Shown here one piece after another: positions 63,867 through 64,000 of a stretch of 64,000 nt of DNA. The notes below the pieces were generated by a model. That model was not told the origin of the DNA. It saw only the letters and a list, made by a program, of their open reading frames with translations, and ran no database searches. The translations under genes were made by a program, and so were the position numbers. Position 1 is the first letter of the stretch. The number at the start of each line of letters is the position of its first letter. The stretch is taken from the IMG/VR virus record IMGVR_UViG_3300045988_115788; one strand, given 5' to 3'. Source of the stretch: a virus.

Positions 63867-64000
63867 AACAAAACACCCCTTATTGAACCTCACATAGTTA
63901 AAGTCACATGATTCTTGAGAACTCTTTTCCATTGAAAAGATATTTATCAAGCTATCCCGACCGTTCCTGCCGTTCTTTTTTGTATTTGCTAGACTACTTC

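Overview
The window looks like a dsDNA phage or prophage segment from a low-GC Gram-positive-type host. Support: AGGAGG ribosome-binding sites, many TTGACA-17-TATAAT promoters, and an amidase endolysin with holins. About 850-52540 is a rightward early, replication and nucleotide-metabolism arm. It encodes a DnaB-like helicase, DnaG-like primase, DnaE-type Pol III alpha, RecJ-like and RecD-like enzymes, an AAA_24 ATPase, NrdD/NrdG, a ThyX-like protein, dUTPase, Dcm and Dam methyltransferases, a tRNA cluster, a tyrosine recombinase, two HNH-AP2 endonucleases, and one intact plus two decayed TnpB elements. About 52650-64000 is a leftward late arm with tail-fibre or receptor-binding genes and a lysis cassette. 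The headline is a complete diversity-generating retroelement (DGR) in the late arm: target gene with VR2, avd, template repeat (TR) and reverse transcriptase (RT), plus a second paralogous target with VR1 about 8.5 kb away. By hand alignment, all 15 TR/VR2 differences fall at TR adenines. VR1 has 14 such differences plus 3 at non-adenine positions. Other notable points follow. nrdD appears split by two putative group I introns placed exactly at the catalytic Cys loop and the glycyl-radical codon. The dam gene is frameshifted at a G9 tract. A 1.8 kb nearly gene-free control region carries repeated operator and promoter modules. The left end is strongly strand-skewed and palindromic. There are iteron-like repeats, several noncanonical tRNA-like genes, a NifS-like cysteine desulfurase inside the replication module, and a 9-member small-protein family. 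All functional calls come from motifs read by eye; no database searches were run.
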